A stretch of 64,000 nt of DNA from the NCBI RefSeq assembly GCF_009914755.1, contig NC_060939.1. One strand, written 5' to 3'. Both the position numbers and the translations under genes were made by a program. The first letter of the stretch is position 1; every line of letters starts with the position of its first letter. Below the pieces are notes generated by a model. The model did no database searches and was not told the DNA's origin. It was given only the letters and a program-made list of their open reading frames with translations. Source of the stretch: the human T2T-CHM13v2.0 reference genome, Homo sapiens. Of the stretch, positions 42,601-60,092 are shown piece after piece.

Positions 42601-43609
42601 TTGGGTGGATGAAAGGAGGGCAAAGAAGGCCAGAGAAATATTCTGTTTCCTGAGGCCTAAAGCACCTCTACATTATAGCAAAAGACCTCAGCAAGTGTCA
42701 TGGGAGTTATGGACAAGAACCATGGACAAAAATCTATATACATGTAATCATAAGATCACACCCCCCACCACACACCACATTGTTCTACATAGAAGTGCCT
42801 TCACTATACAGCTTTTCATTTATTCATTCGTTCATTCACTCATTTATTCAACGGGTAATAGTGAATTCCAAATCAGGAACTGTGCTATGTGTTGGGGGTG
42901 ACATGGCCCCTAGCCTCAGGAGGCTTCTATTCCATGGTTAATGGTGGGTATTGCTGAGAGATGATCAGTCAACAGTAACTGCAATGAATGTTAGGATAAA
43001 GAGAAGCCCAGAAGGCTCCACGGTGTTCCAGCTGCTCACAGGGTAATCTGCCTGTCTTTTTTACTTCCGTATCTCCAATGCCCATTATCATACCAGGCAC
43101 AGGAAGTGCTCAGTTAAGTGTTTACTGAATTAAATGAAGATCTGAATGATGCTGAGTGTCAACCCTCCCTCTCAGTGGCTCCTCCCCATTGGCCCTAAAC
43201 CTGATACCTGGATGAAAAGAGATAAGGATACATGACAGTTCTTCAAGTAGGTCACAGAACGTTTGAGTTGGGAGGAAATGGACAAAGCTTTTTACATCAC
43301 TGCCATCCCCTCCCAGTCATCATATCCCCACAGTGGGGGTACTTTATGAAACACTTGGACCTTCATGCTTTCCTAATTTCTTCTTATCCTGTATGCTCTT
43401 CTAAGAATACTGAAGTTGGTCAATGTTCCTATTAAAACTCAGGAATCTAAACTTTGACTCAGAATTTCTGATTGAGATGTCACTTCAGTTTCCTTGTGCA
43501 TTCTCAGAGGCTCTACCCTGGCTCACCCTGGAGAGTAGGGGGCAAGAAGTCTGATACTACTCAGCTTTCTCTCCTGTGCCAAAAAATCCTACCTGCAAGA
43601 ATTGGTATG

Positions 43610-44022
43610 TGTATTAGTCCATTCTTGCCTTGCTATAAAGAAAAGCCCGAGACTGGGTAACTTACAAGAAAAGAAGTTTAATTGGCTCATGGTTCCACAG
43701 GCTGAACAGGAAGCATGGCAGCACCTGCATCTGGGGAGGCCTCAGGGAGCTTTTACTCATGGAGGAAGGCAAAGCAGGAGCAGGAACATCTCACATGGTG
43801 GGAGCAGGAGGAAGAGGGGCCAGGAGAGATGCTACACACTTTTAAACAACCAGATCTCATGATAACTCACTATCATGAGAACAGCACTGAGGGGATGGTG
43901 CTAAACCATTCATGAAGGACCACTCCCATGATCCAGTCACCTCCCACTGGGCTCCACCACCAATACTGGGAATCGCAATTCAACATGAGATTTGGGTGGG
44001 GACACAGATCCAAACCACATCA
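43610..44022 (-). mobile_element. MST (MSTA-like) MaLR solo LTR between the CYP19A1 and GLDN promoters
   Basis: Minus strand begins TGATGTGGTTTGGATCTGTGTCCCCACCCAAATCTCATGTTGAATTG and ends ...GGACTAATACA; flanks GTATG/GAATG (4/5 TSD). Confidence 0.9.
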
Positions 44023-44492
44023 GAATGTGAATCTTTGGGGAGTAGATGGTTACAGAGCTCCTACCATTAAGTCAAAAGGAGCTTGCTCTCTGATCATTTT
44101 ACTGGTCTCCCTCAGGTGCTGAAACAGTGTGGTCTCTGATAGAGGAAGTCCTTTCTCTATAACTGCTCCAGCTGGCTCATTGGCGGGGAGGCACCTCTTC
44201 CTTGAGTTATTGGGCTATGGAAACAGCAATCCTGCCTTCTGGTTGGGTCTCCCAAATGGGAGACATCCAAACAGAGTGATTTTTTTTTTTTCTTAAACAA
44301 TGTCAAACCCGAGGTTCTTAACATGGGGCTTGAAGATTGCTGTCTACGTTAGTTTCCCATAGGTCCTGGGGCCCCAGGGAAGCAGAGCCATTCTAGGAGA
44401 AGCTGAGAAAGATCTTGAGTGAAGAGGTTCTCTGAGGAGACTCAAAAGTGACTCTGCATTTGGTTGACAGTGACCCTCGAGGCAGAGCAGGT

Positions 44493-44502
44493 ATTGGGCA
44501 AC
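44493..44502. promoter_or_regulatory. C/EBP motif (ATTGGGCAAC), ~-2.13 kb from exon I.1
   Basis: Matches the C/EBP consensus. The position agrees with my recollection of a distal C/EBP-beta (NF-IL6) enhancer of promoter I.1. Confidence 0.55.
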
Positions 44503-45239
44503 ATAAAAGTTGTGAGGAGTAAATGAGAGGCATGGGAAAACATGTTTTCCTAGGGCTAGGTAAGAACCCAACCATGGCCCAGCTCTCCAACCCTTAGGCC
44601 AGAAAGCACCTCCTCATGGTCTTGGGACATGCTCAAAGCCTCCCAGCTGAGTAGCAACAGAGTGGCTTTAGAACTAGGTCTCCTGATTCCTGGGGTTTTT
44701 TTCCTCACCATCCTGCCATTTTCCAGATATGGATCTCATCGGAGAGTTCCTGACTTGTCAAATCCTGGAACTCTCCTTTCAAGGACGAGTCCTGTTGGCC
44801 AGGCAGTCCTGGGCTTTTCTGGTTCTGATGGGTGGCCTTTTTTGCCTTCCAGTGCCAAGTGTCTCCTTGCCCCTATCCATCCCCTTCCTGGGAAAGATCA
44901 TCTGGGGTCTTCAGTGGCCTCGTGGAGCCTCATGGCCATGGTGGGGAGTGATGCGCAGCCTGGTGCTCGGGCCAGGACCAGACCTCCCATGGACAGTGGG
45001 CACGTGCCTTAGCATCTGGGCATGCTGATCTTTTTCTCCAAGAGGGCAGTGTGGGGGTAGAAGGGGGTGGAATCCGGAGACTTCTCTCCATAAGAATTCC
45101 TGCTCTCCCCCTCAGTCTGACCCTTGCTTTGCCTGTCTGGGCCACGGCAATGCCCTCAGGCAGAGCAGTGGGAAGAGGAGGAGAGGGTTTGCTCAGCTGG
45201 CGGGACTCTGGGAGCACGAGCCCTGCCAGCCCCTCCTCC

Positions 45240-45950
<711 letters not shown>

Positions 45951-47549
45951 CTGGGGATGTCACCTTGGCAAGCACCTCAACCCACTGGAGTCTGTTTTCT
46001 CATCTGTGAGGTTGGGGACAGGGTGAAGGAGGGAGTCTCTTCTACCTCTGACATTCTTTGAGTCCACATGTAAACGAAGGGCGAAGGCAGTGTTTCTAAG
46101 AGCCTATTTTCCTTCTCAGCTTAGACAAGTTTTCGTCTCCTGGTGTGAATGGAGCCGCAGCAGCCTTGGGGCTCCGCCTGTGCCACTGACCTGTGGGTGG
46201 GGCCCTCTGAGAGGATGGAGGCGCGTTTCTGAAAGAGCGTAGGCTTTTTCAATAAAGGGATTCTTTCCCTGGCATCAACTAGTGGTCTGGCTTTTCACCT
46301 GGCATCGCCTCATTCCTGCGAGATGGCCGGCCTAATTGTTTCCGTTTAAGTGAAAACAGCCCTAGTTTTACTGCCCACCTGGGACCTAGATGCTGGGAAA
46401 GTTGCCCCTGGATCTCAAGCAATTCCAAATGAGGGACGTCAATATGGTGCAATTTTTTTCTTAAAATGCAGTGTCAAAGCTGAGGTTCTTAACATGGGAC
46501 CTGCGGATTGGTCTCCCCACTGGGCTCCAGGGAGTACACGGAACTGCAGAAATTGCCAAGTGTGTGTGCCTGTGCCCTCCTGCCCATGTGGATGAGGGTC
46601 TGCAGCTTTTCACTAGATCTTCAAGGGGTCCCCCATTGCATGCCTCCCCCAAAAGGTTTAAGAAACACTGCTCTGAAGAAAGTCTTCAAAGCCTCAAAGA
46701 TTTGTTTTCCAGTGTTAAGTTTCTTTGCTTTTGCCGCTTTTAATTCAATAGGTATTTAACAAATACTATTAGATCACATTGCAGTTCCCCATTCCATTTC
46801 ATTATTTATTACAATTGCAACAGTCTTGTTTCACTTTATAATTAGAAAGATTTCGGCTATTACCTCCAGTCAAGTGTGAGCCATACTTCAGAATCCTAGG
46901 TATTTGAAAATAAATTGACTTAAACTTCCGTTATCACAGAAGCTTTTAAATAACTTACATGAGCTGAAATGCTTTTAAAACTACGTAAAAGTACTACATA
47001 CTTCAAATACATCTTTTGAGAGAGATCAAGTTTTCCATTCCTCACTTCATTTGTTTTTTAAATTCATGTTATCATTTAAAAATCTGGACCTAAGCAGAAG
47101 TTTCAAAAAAGGACTGCTATAAGATGAAAAAAACCTCCTTAGGGGAATTCATTCTCGCCCTTTCAGCTCTCTACCCTACATTTTAAGGCTTTTAAAAAAT
47201 CCTCAAAAAGGGATACATCTGAGCATCATTGTTTTACATTTTTAATCCTGCTTTTAAGGTAGAAGCTTTCGTATCCGAATTGCAACCTATTCCGTCACTA
47301 ACAAATTGAATGGAGACACTCATCTCTGTGTCAAATTAACTCTAGGTGACCTCGCAGTGCTACCACTAACTCTGTTACAGGTCAGAGAGCAGAACTATCA
47401 CATGTGTCAGACTGGATATTATTAGTAGATTATCATCAACTAACTCATCCCCCACCTGCAATGGGTATGTTTTGACCTTTTAGAGTCATGAGGGCCTGTC
47501 CCTGAGGCTAGGAGAAGGCAATCATCTTACTACTCACTTTCCTCTTGGG

Positions 47550-48020
47550 AGCAGTTCTCAAACAGTAGGCTTAGGAATCAGCTGGAAGCATATTACAGTG
47601 CAGATTCCAGGGCCTCTCCCTCAGACCTATAGAATCCTCTCCAGAATCTGCTTTATTAGAAGTCCTCTGACCCTCATCCCCCCACCTCCTATGCCATTGG
47701 TGAGTTCGGTGCAGATGGTCCAGGCACCACACTTTAAGAAATACTACTCAGTCTCTAACACTGAGTCTTTATTGTGCACAGGAATATCTTGGGGATCTTG
47801 TTAATATGCAGATTCTGATTCAGATGGTCTAAGCTGGGGCCTAAGATTCTGCGTTTCTACCAAGCTCCCACTGCTACCAATGCTACTGGCCTGAAGACCA
47901 CATTTTGAGTAGTAAGGTTGCCTACTGGAACTATTTGGGGAGCTTTCAAACTTACTGATGCCTGAATCCCATCCCCAGAGATTCTGAATTAATTTGTTAG
48001 GCCACAGCCTGGGGATGGAG
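47550..48020. mobile_element. Cluster of MER5-type hAT MITE fragments
   Basis: Repeated MER5 phrases (TGCAGATTCCAGGGCC; ATGCAGATTCTGATTCAG...CTGGGGCCTAAGATTCTGCGTTTCTACCAAGCTCCC; CCCCAGAGATTCTGAATTAATT). Confidence 0.7.
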
Positions 48021-49029
48021 TGCTTATTCTCCAGCAGGAAGGACCTTGGCATAACTTCCTATCGATAGTAGCTGTGTTAGGCATCACACTCCCACCAGAC
48101 CCCATCAAGGCCTTTGCTTCAGGACGAGGAGCCAATTTTATTACTGAAAAGCTTTTTAATTTATGACAGCAATATTCTTTCCATTCAGCTTCACAGTTTT
48201 CCTCATCTTTACTCTCTGCTTTTCTCAGAACAATTATTCATATAAGAAAACAATTTTATAAAAAACATCATTTGGTAGCTCTTGGAGAGAAGTTAAGAGA
48301 ATGATCTAGTATATATCGTGGAGGCAAGTGTATACACTTCTTATAGGTGAAGGCTACACCTTCCCTGGCCCTTTTATACACCACCAGATCTTGAATGAGA
48401 GTGAGATCCAAGGTCCTCACTGTGAGGTCTTATGTCCTTAGAGGTCTAGGAACGAAGAAACAAACTCTATGCAGACTAATGTCAACATTTCAAAAAGCCT
48501 TCCAGAATGGTTCATTTATCCAAGATGAACCTCAATTTAACTGATACTTTGAGTTTCTCTACTGTTGGCTGAAAATACATCAACTCAGCATAAGAATTCT
48601 GTTTAGCTGAGCACATTCTTACCAGAACCTGGTTGGCAGCTGTAAATGACTTCATTAAAAAGGCAAGATAATTATTAAGTACAGTTAATTTGACACAGCC
48701 AAGAAGCACATTAAATCTTTAAAACCATGTGCATACTTTTGGGAGACAGTAATAAGAGGAGCCCTGGATGGGGCTTGGAAACTACTGAATTAGGCCAATA
48801 AGGAAATGGGGATCTGGTGAGCGGGGAGAGAGAAAATTTGACCCATCTGCTACTAACTCCTGTGGGAGATGCTACTTCTGTTTACTCTCTTTTTCTCTGA
48901 CCTCCTCTCATATTCTTTTTGTTCTCTTCCCATCAGCTACCCTCTCTCATTCCTCTCTTCCTGTCTCACATTTGCTGATGTTCTGGTAGCTTTATCATCC
49001 TGTCTTTACTTGTCCAAAATCTAGGGTCA

Positions 49030-51870
<2,841 letters not shown>

Positions 51871-52054
51871 CTTCTTTATGGGAGTAAAAAGGGCCTTGTA
51901 CCCCAGGTAATTTGGCAGCTGCTCCTAGGCCAGGGAGCAATAGAGCACGGTAGGGACTGCACCCACCTGAGGTTCATCTGCCTTGTCTAAAGGGGAGGCT
52001 CCCGCTGATGGTGACTGTACAAGAACCGGAGCCTCCTGCTTCCTGTGCCTGATA

Positions 52055-52403
<349 letters not shown>

Positions 52404-53132
52404 TGATTTTTTTTTTAAGAGAAGTACAAAATCTGTTTTTTTTAATGTGAAATCTCCTGGCTTTTAAATATTGACAGCAATTCAAAAAAGTTCTTTTTTT
52501 GTTTTTTTAGTTGGCTGACAGAATGTTGGCCAAACAACACTCACATTGTTAGGGGCCATGTTAGGACTTCCAATCATGCATTTGCAGAAGTCTCATCTCA
52601 GAATCATGAGTGGCTTTGAACCCAAAGGGCTTTATTTAGCTTGACCACAATGCCTTTATTTACCAGCCTGATTCTGAAAGTATAGTAGTTACTGTGTCAT
52701 TGTGATTGTTGCTATTACTGATTGAGGTCGATGTGGTTTTTTGCAATGGGTTTGGTTTCAGTTTTTTGTTGTTTTTTGCTGTTTCTAAAAATCAATTCCA
52801 TCTTCGGTGGACGGAGATTTCCTGTCACTACGGCTTTTCAAAAGCATGTACTCCCGATTCTTAGGGTAGTTCCCAGCAGGCGATTACAGCTGGATTAAGC
52901 AGTAACACATTATTATAGCAAACAGGTAGCTTTGCATTATGACTGCTGTAAGCTACACTGATATGAATCTAGAAATTCTATTGTTTATAGAGAAAAAAAA
53001 TCACATTACCTACAGTCACAGCTCCTGTTTGCAGTGCTATATTTCCTTAAATTGGCTGTGCCAGAGTTTATTTCCCTTTCCCACTTCCTTGGACTGGGTT
53101 ATTTCCAAATGTTGTAAAAGCTGAGGATTTAG

Positions 53133-53812
<680 letters not shown>

Positions 53813-54801
53813 TAGGGTTGATTCTTAGTAGCTCGGGCTACTAAATCAGGGGTGCTCCAGCCTTGGTTAACTCTGGGGTCTAACACCTCTCCCAAGGAGA
53901 TGGAATGCAAGACAGAGGCACCCTAAGAGTGTTGTTCCATGTACAGTGAGGCTGTAGGGCTGAGCCAGGCTGCTTGCTGGCTTCCCAAACTGAGAGCAAA
54001 CAATGTTAGGGGAGCTTTTAGCCATCTATTATTCCCAAATGTAGGCCTTGTTTCAAACTCTATCTGTTCTCTTTGATTGAAGGAGAGAGATGCATACCAC
54101 ACTAGGTCCTGTGGGGTGAGGGGTTGGGGGAGCTGATGAGAGATTAGAGGCCTGATACAGGAGGATTAAAAAAGAAAGGGTGACCAAAGTCATAAACCCC
54201 ATGCAGAGCCTGGGAAGTGGGTTTCCGTGGCCCTTCTCACTGCAGCGTGTGCACACGTGCATTTAGGACGTCAGTGCTGTGTACTCTGAGCACACCTGAC
54301 ACTGTATGCTTTGTTCCCATGTCAGAAGCCATCTCTAGGTATCAATTAAGGTTTGGGAGAGAGCTTGCAGCCATATCTCTGCTAAGATTGTGTCTAGTGG
54401 TGTTGGTGATGGGAACACACCTATAAGCCTAACTCATGTCGCAGGCAATGATGGTGCACAAGGAAGACAGGAGGGAGCTGGCCCCTGAGATCCATTGCAT
54501 ACACACAAATAAAGCATTCCTTGTAAGAAATTATTGGCATGATTCTCTAGGGACATATATAAGAAACAGGCGGGTCAAGGCTGATCATCTGGACCCATGA
54601 AAATAGAGCAGTTGTGTTGACCAAATGAATGGCATGAAACCATCAGGACCTACTCTCATGTCCCAGAACTATTAAAAGTCTCTGGTCTCTTTCTATGCAA
54701 AGCAGCAGAGGTGAGGGCAGTAGTAATGAGCCTCCTGAGGCTTTACAGACTGAGCAGGGTAGAACCTTCTGGGGCTTGGTGAGTTCTCGGCTCTTGTCTT
54801 T

Positions 54802-55192
<391 letters not shown>

Positions 55193-55795
55193 TGAAAACT
55201 GTCTCTCCACTCTAGGGAGACAGCAGTACCCTGTGATCAGCTGATTATTTAGTAGCTCTGCCCACTAGACCACAGGCTGAGAGATCCTTTGGCAAAGGTC
55301 CCTCCTGGTGTGAGTTCCAGAATAATTTCTCAGATCACAAGTCCTTCAAAGCCAAGGGCTGGTTCATCCTTCTCAAGCTCTCATGCCAGGATCTCCCTAT
55401 GGCAGTCACAGGCTCACCTGCCCATGGTACTGCTGCCACCTTCAGCCCTCATGTACCTGTCCTTAGCTCAAGCAACCTGGGATCTTTCTTCATTGTTAAG
55501 TTCCCAGCCCCATTCTCTCTCCCTAATTCTTTGAAGTATGTGGTGGTGGTAAGCAGTGTGGACTTGGAAGTCAGATGGATTCATATCCTGGACCCACAGC
55601 TTGGTAGCTGGGTGATCTTGGGCAAATCTTTTAACTTCACCAAGCCTCAGTTTCCTCATCTGTATGACTGAGAAAATAGTAACTACCTCATTAGGTTGTT
55701 CGGATGTTTAAGGGAGATCATATAGGTGAAGTGCACTGCCTGGTATAGTCAGGTTCTCAATAAGTGTTCATTGTTGCTGTTATTAAGATTTATCA

Positions 55796-56201
55796 TATTC
55801 TTAGTTGATTCAGGCTGCTATAACTAAATACCATAGGCTAGGTAGCTTATAAATGACTGAAATTTATTTCTTATGGTTCTGGCAGCTGGGGAGTCTAACA
55901 TCTAGGTGCCGAAAGATTGGGTGTCTGGTGAGGGTCTGTTTTCTGGTTCATAGATGGCACCTTCTCACCTTCCACCATGGTGGAAGGGCAAGGCAGCTCT
56001 CTGGGGCCTCATTTTTATAAGGTTATTAATCATTTTTATGATTTTATAAAATCATTTTTATAAGGTCATTAATCCTATTTATGTAGGCTTTCCCTTCATG
56101 ACCTAGTCACCTTCCAATATCCCCACCTCCTAATATCATCACATTGATGATTAGGTTTCAATGTAGGAATTTGGGGGTACACAAATATTCAGACCATGGC
56201 A
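55796..56201 (-). mobile_element. MLT1A-type MaLR solo LTR
   Basis: Minus strand starts TGCCATGGTCTGAATATTTGTGTACCCCCAAATTCCTACATTGAAACCTAA. Confidence 0.85.
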
Positions 56202-56475
56202 CTCAATATTGCTTTGCCATTAGCCCTTTTTGCCCTATGCTCCTAGTGTCTTGTTTCTGGGTTTACTCTTTATTTCCATTTCCTTCAGGGTGCCAACTTG
56301 TCTGTTCATCTGTGCTTTTATCAGCTGCTGCTTTGGGATAGTATTTGGCCTCTTAAAGCCTGGATTGGAATCATACCAACCTAAATCATCTTGGCATTGA
56401 CAACAAAACAGAGTTCCCCTTGATATGGCAACAGGGCTTCTTCAGAGATTCAGGATTTCACAGCTCCCACCCCTC

Positions 56476-57204
56476 TGAAACTGCCTTAGCAAAGATTATA
56501 ATAGTGTGAAAATTATGACAGTGAAAGAAATCTGACCTAACTGGCTCCATCTTGCTTTTAACCTCCAAGCTTCCCTCGTTCTTTCCTCAAAGTAGGCTGA
56601 ACTAACTTTGGAAGGAACTTATAGTTTAACTGTTTAACAACGTTGATATCAGCCCCTCCCCAAAATGAACTCCCTCCTGGCTTGGGAAGCACAGCACCTT
56701 TGTAAAACAAAAAAATTAGCCACAAGATTAGAAGTTATGGCTTAAGAGTCAGGCAGCCAGAGGCCACAAGATTACTAACCTCCCCAATTGCTCCTATAGA
56801 TAACATGACTGTTGTAAAACATAAGATTGGTATTCAAGGTATTTTTTAGACTCTGCATTCTGATGGATCAGCTGGCACCACCAACACCAATAAACTGGTT
56901 CATCTGTCTTGTGGCCCCCATCTAGGAACAGACTTGGCATAAGAGGAGAGCTTCAACTCCCTGTGGTTTCATCCCTGACCCAACCAATCAGCATTTCCCA
57001 TTTCCTAGCCCCCTCTGCCTGCCAAACTATCTTTCTAAAACCCTAGCCTCTGAACTTTTGGGGAGGCTGATTCAAGTAATAATAAAACTCTGGTCTCCTG
57101 TTTAGCCAGCTCTATGTGTATGAAACTCTTCGTTGCAATTCCCCTGTCTTGATAAATCGACTCTATCTGCACAGCAGGCAAGATGAACCTGTTGGGTAGT
57201 TATG
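56476..57204 (+). mobile_element. LTR8-family (ERV1) solo LTR with 4-bp TSD
   Basis: TGAAACTGCCTTAGCAAAGATTAT...CTCCATCTTGCTTTTAACCTCCAAGCT...AATAATAAAACTC...GCAAGATGAACCTGTTGGGTAGTTA; CCTC on both sides. Confidence 0.88.
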
Positions 57205-58813
57205 CCTCTGCGTGACCACTGATGATAAGATTTGGCACTCACTGAAAGGCAGTCATCTTCACCACTCTCCGACTGGCTCAGCTATTGTTAACTTCTGTTG
57301 ATTCCTGTTGGTGGCATTCCTGAAAAAAAATTTGTATGCTGGCATTTGGAAAATTGAGAAAATGTGAGTGGAAGGTAGAGCAAAAACAGGTAGAGAAAGA
57401 ACAATTTTACTTCTTAGGGGTCTTGTGTTCTCCAGGATATTGTTGCCAATGTGGGAACTATCAGAACAGTCCTCGGATTTGATTAAAAAAAAAAAAAAAA
57501 AAAACCACAGTCAATTAAAAAAAAAAAAAAGACACTCTTTTATTCCCTCTACATTCCTCAAACTCACCACCACCACCACCACCACACACAAAAAAGAAAT
57601 TCTTGGCCAAATCTACTTGACATTCAAGATTAATTTACATGCATTTTATCTACAGACTAAAGGTCATGTTGTTTAAAACAAGCTGAAGCTTTTAGGTTGT
57701 AATTAAGCTACAAAGGGAGCATTTTGCAGCCCATCCGTTGCTTTTATGTAGATCTTTAACAGCTCTATACTTTAAATGGATATAATCTGCTTCTAGTTTA
57801 TCTAAAGTTGAAGACACACTTTTCTTTTCTGAAAGGTAGCCTTAAAACAACAAGGCCAACTAAAGATCGTTCAAAATGCAATTTGTGGAGTTTGTTCTGA
57901 ATCCGATAGAGCAACCCCTTCATCTGCCACCCAGAAAAAGTCTGTGCTTGCCAAAGTGCTGGGAAACTTGGAGGTCCTGCCTAGGCTCTATATAAAAACT
58001 GTGAAGTACTTTATAATGAGTTGTGAATAAGTGTACTCCAAAATGTTGAGCTGGTGATGGCAAAATAATTCCCTGGTTTTTTTTGTTACTCAGTGGGTGA
58101 GTGTTGGAGTCTGGTATCCTTTTTACTGGAAGGTGGAAAATGCCTACCCCCACCTAAGCCACATTTGGGGACCTTGGAATCAGTCTCTAAACAGGAAGAC
58201 CTTTAGAGGAAAATCCTTCACAGTGACTGTGTGGAAAGCATGGGGGCACTGAAGAAGAGAGAAAATAAGTCCTCACTAAGGAAATTGAACTCAAAATGGG
58301 CAATGGAGAGTTGTTGAGACTGGGGCAGGCAAGGAGGGTGAATCATTCCAAGTACAGGCAATAATATGAGCCAAGGTCTAGGGATTGAAATGAAAATGGT
58401 GCAAGTCAGGAAGAACAAGAAGCCAGACAGGCCTTCCTGTACTGGAGAGTTTGGAGTAGGGAGAAGGGAACTAAGGTTGGCTGGGTTAGAGAGAGGCTTG
58501 AATTTCTACTTTTGAGAAATTGAGAATGAACCTAATGAGGAATTGGGAGCCATCGTAGAACCTTTGCCAGGGAAGAGTCATAAAGGCTGTGGTTTTATAG
58601 GAGGACAGATCTGTTGGTGCAATGCAGGAAAGACTGGAAATGGGGAAAGACTGAAGCAAGAAGAAAGTTAGAAAGTTATTACATTAATCCAGGCAAGAAA
58701 CAATTCACGTATGGCTAAGATAATGGCATTGGAAATGAAGAAGGGTTATATCCTAGAAATATCAAAAGAGAAGCTTGAATTAATTTTGCTAACTAATTGG
58801 ATATAAGGAAAAG

Positions 58814-60092
<1,279 letters not shown>

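Larger units (their letters stand above)
42045..42760 (-). mobile_element. MER21(A)-type LTR co-opted as the CYP19A1 placental promoter
   Basis: Minus strand starts TGTGATCTTATGATTACATG at 42760. MER21-like U5 (CCAGCTGGGTGTCCTCCAACTCAGTTCCAACACTATCTACCTGG...CCCACAGGTTGAGGGCTCAGTC on +). The MER21A origin of promoter I.1 is established knowledge. Confidence 0.85.
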
